IMG/VR virus record: IMGVR_UViG_3300011337_000498
Location: 1 to 37,310 of that record
DNA length: 37,310 nt
Source: a virus
Taxonomy: Duplodnaviria > Caudoviricetes
Direction: 5' to 3' (one strand)
This document shows positions 36,847 through 37,310 of this stretch, piece after piece. The translations under genes and the position numbers were made by a program. Within the stretch, counting starts at the first letter, position 1; the number at the start of each line of letters is the position of its first letter. The notes under the pieces are model-generated. The model searched no databases. It was not told the DNA's origin and saw nothing but the letters and a program-made list of their open reading frames with translations.

Positions 36847-37310
36847 ATGCATATAAATAAATTAAAACTGCCTGATAGGGTATTAAATGAATTGCCTGAT
36901 ATTATTAGTAAATATGAAATTAATACTAATTTAAGATTAGCGCATTTTTTAGCGCAGGTGCATCATGAATCAGCAGGGTTTCATCTAACTGATGAAAATT
37001 TAAATTATTCAGCAAAACGATTATTAGAAGTATTCCCTAAATATTTTAAATCAGGTGAAATTGCAAAAAAATATGCATATCAACCAATGTTATTAGCATC
37101 ATATGTATACGGCAATAGGATGGGCAATGGTGATGAATCAACACAGGAAGGGTTTAAATTTTCTGGACGTGGATTTATTCAGTTGACAGGGAAAAACAAT
37201 TATATTGCATTTGATAAAGAGGTTCAGGAATCAGTAATTGATAATCCTGAATTAGTATCAACAAAATACCCTTTATTATCTGCGGGTTGGTATTGGGATA
37301 CACGTAAATT
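36847..37310 (+). CDS. GH19 endolysin allele (truncated by window end)
   Basis: Aligns to 1506-1969 with several substitutions. Confidence 0.9.
   Translation, partial: MHINKLKLPDRVLNELPDIISKYEINTNLRLAHFLAQVHHESAGFHLTDENLNYSAKRLLEVFPKYFKSGEIAKKYAYQPMLLASYVYGNRMGNGDESTQEGFKFSGRGFIQLTGKNNYIAFDKEVQESVIDNPELVSTKYPLLSAGWYWDTRK

Larger units (their letters stand above)
1..37310 (+). mobile_element. Complete tailed (siphovirus-like) bacteriophage genome with overlapping, non-identical ends
   Basis: Terminase, portal, protease, HK97-type capsid, tail tube, tape measure, lysis and replication genes, all on +. The sequence wraps around (1-1969 homologous to 33855-37310). No host housekeeping genes. 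Confidence 0.97.
33855..37310 (+). repeat. Right copy of imperfect terminal direct repeat (haplotype B)
   Basis: Same gene order as 1-1969 with SNPs, an extra 1498 bp, a replaced gene and a 48-bp deletion. Confidence 0.97.

Noticed and set aside
1-37310. Stop-codon reassignment or tRNA genes
   Set aside because: The standard code gives dense, full-length genes ending in TAA, TAG and TGA, and no cloverleaf was seen in the few intergenic gaps.

Overview
The window is essentially one complete, AT-rich, siphovirus-type (HK97-fold, long non-contractile tail) phage genome with every credible gene on the + strand. I found no integrase, clear repressor, tRNA or CRISPR array. Gene order: late accessory and lysis genes, fibre-like genes, terminase, portal-MuF fusion, protease, capsid, neck, tail and tape measure, a structured intergenic region, an array of small early genes, recombination (Sak4-like ATPase plus PD-(D/E)XK nuclease), replication (G8-tract gene, DnaA domain IV-like proteins, primase-helicase) and a DNA methyltransferase. 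The ends overlap (1-1969 corresponds to 33855-37310), but the two copies are different haplotypes. They differ by a 1498-bp nuclease-like/methylase deletion at an 8-bp microhomology, a gene swap ending exactly at a 27-bp palindrome, a 48-bp in-frame indel and patchy SNPs. Other notable signals: three equally spaced promoter/operator plus small-gene units, a probable +1/-2 tail-chaperone frameshift, an A10 slippery run at the portal/MuF junction, a glycosyltransferase inside the tail operon, four G8 tracts and strong GATC avoidance. The host is probably in the Bacteroidota/FCB group (inference from DUF3127 and TAnnTTTG motifs). All family calls are from motifs read by eye; no database searches were run.
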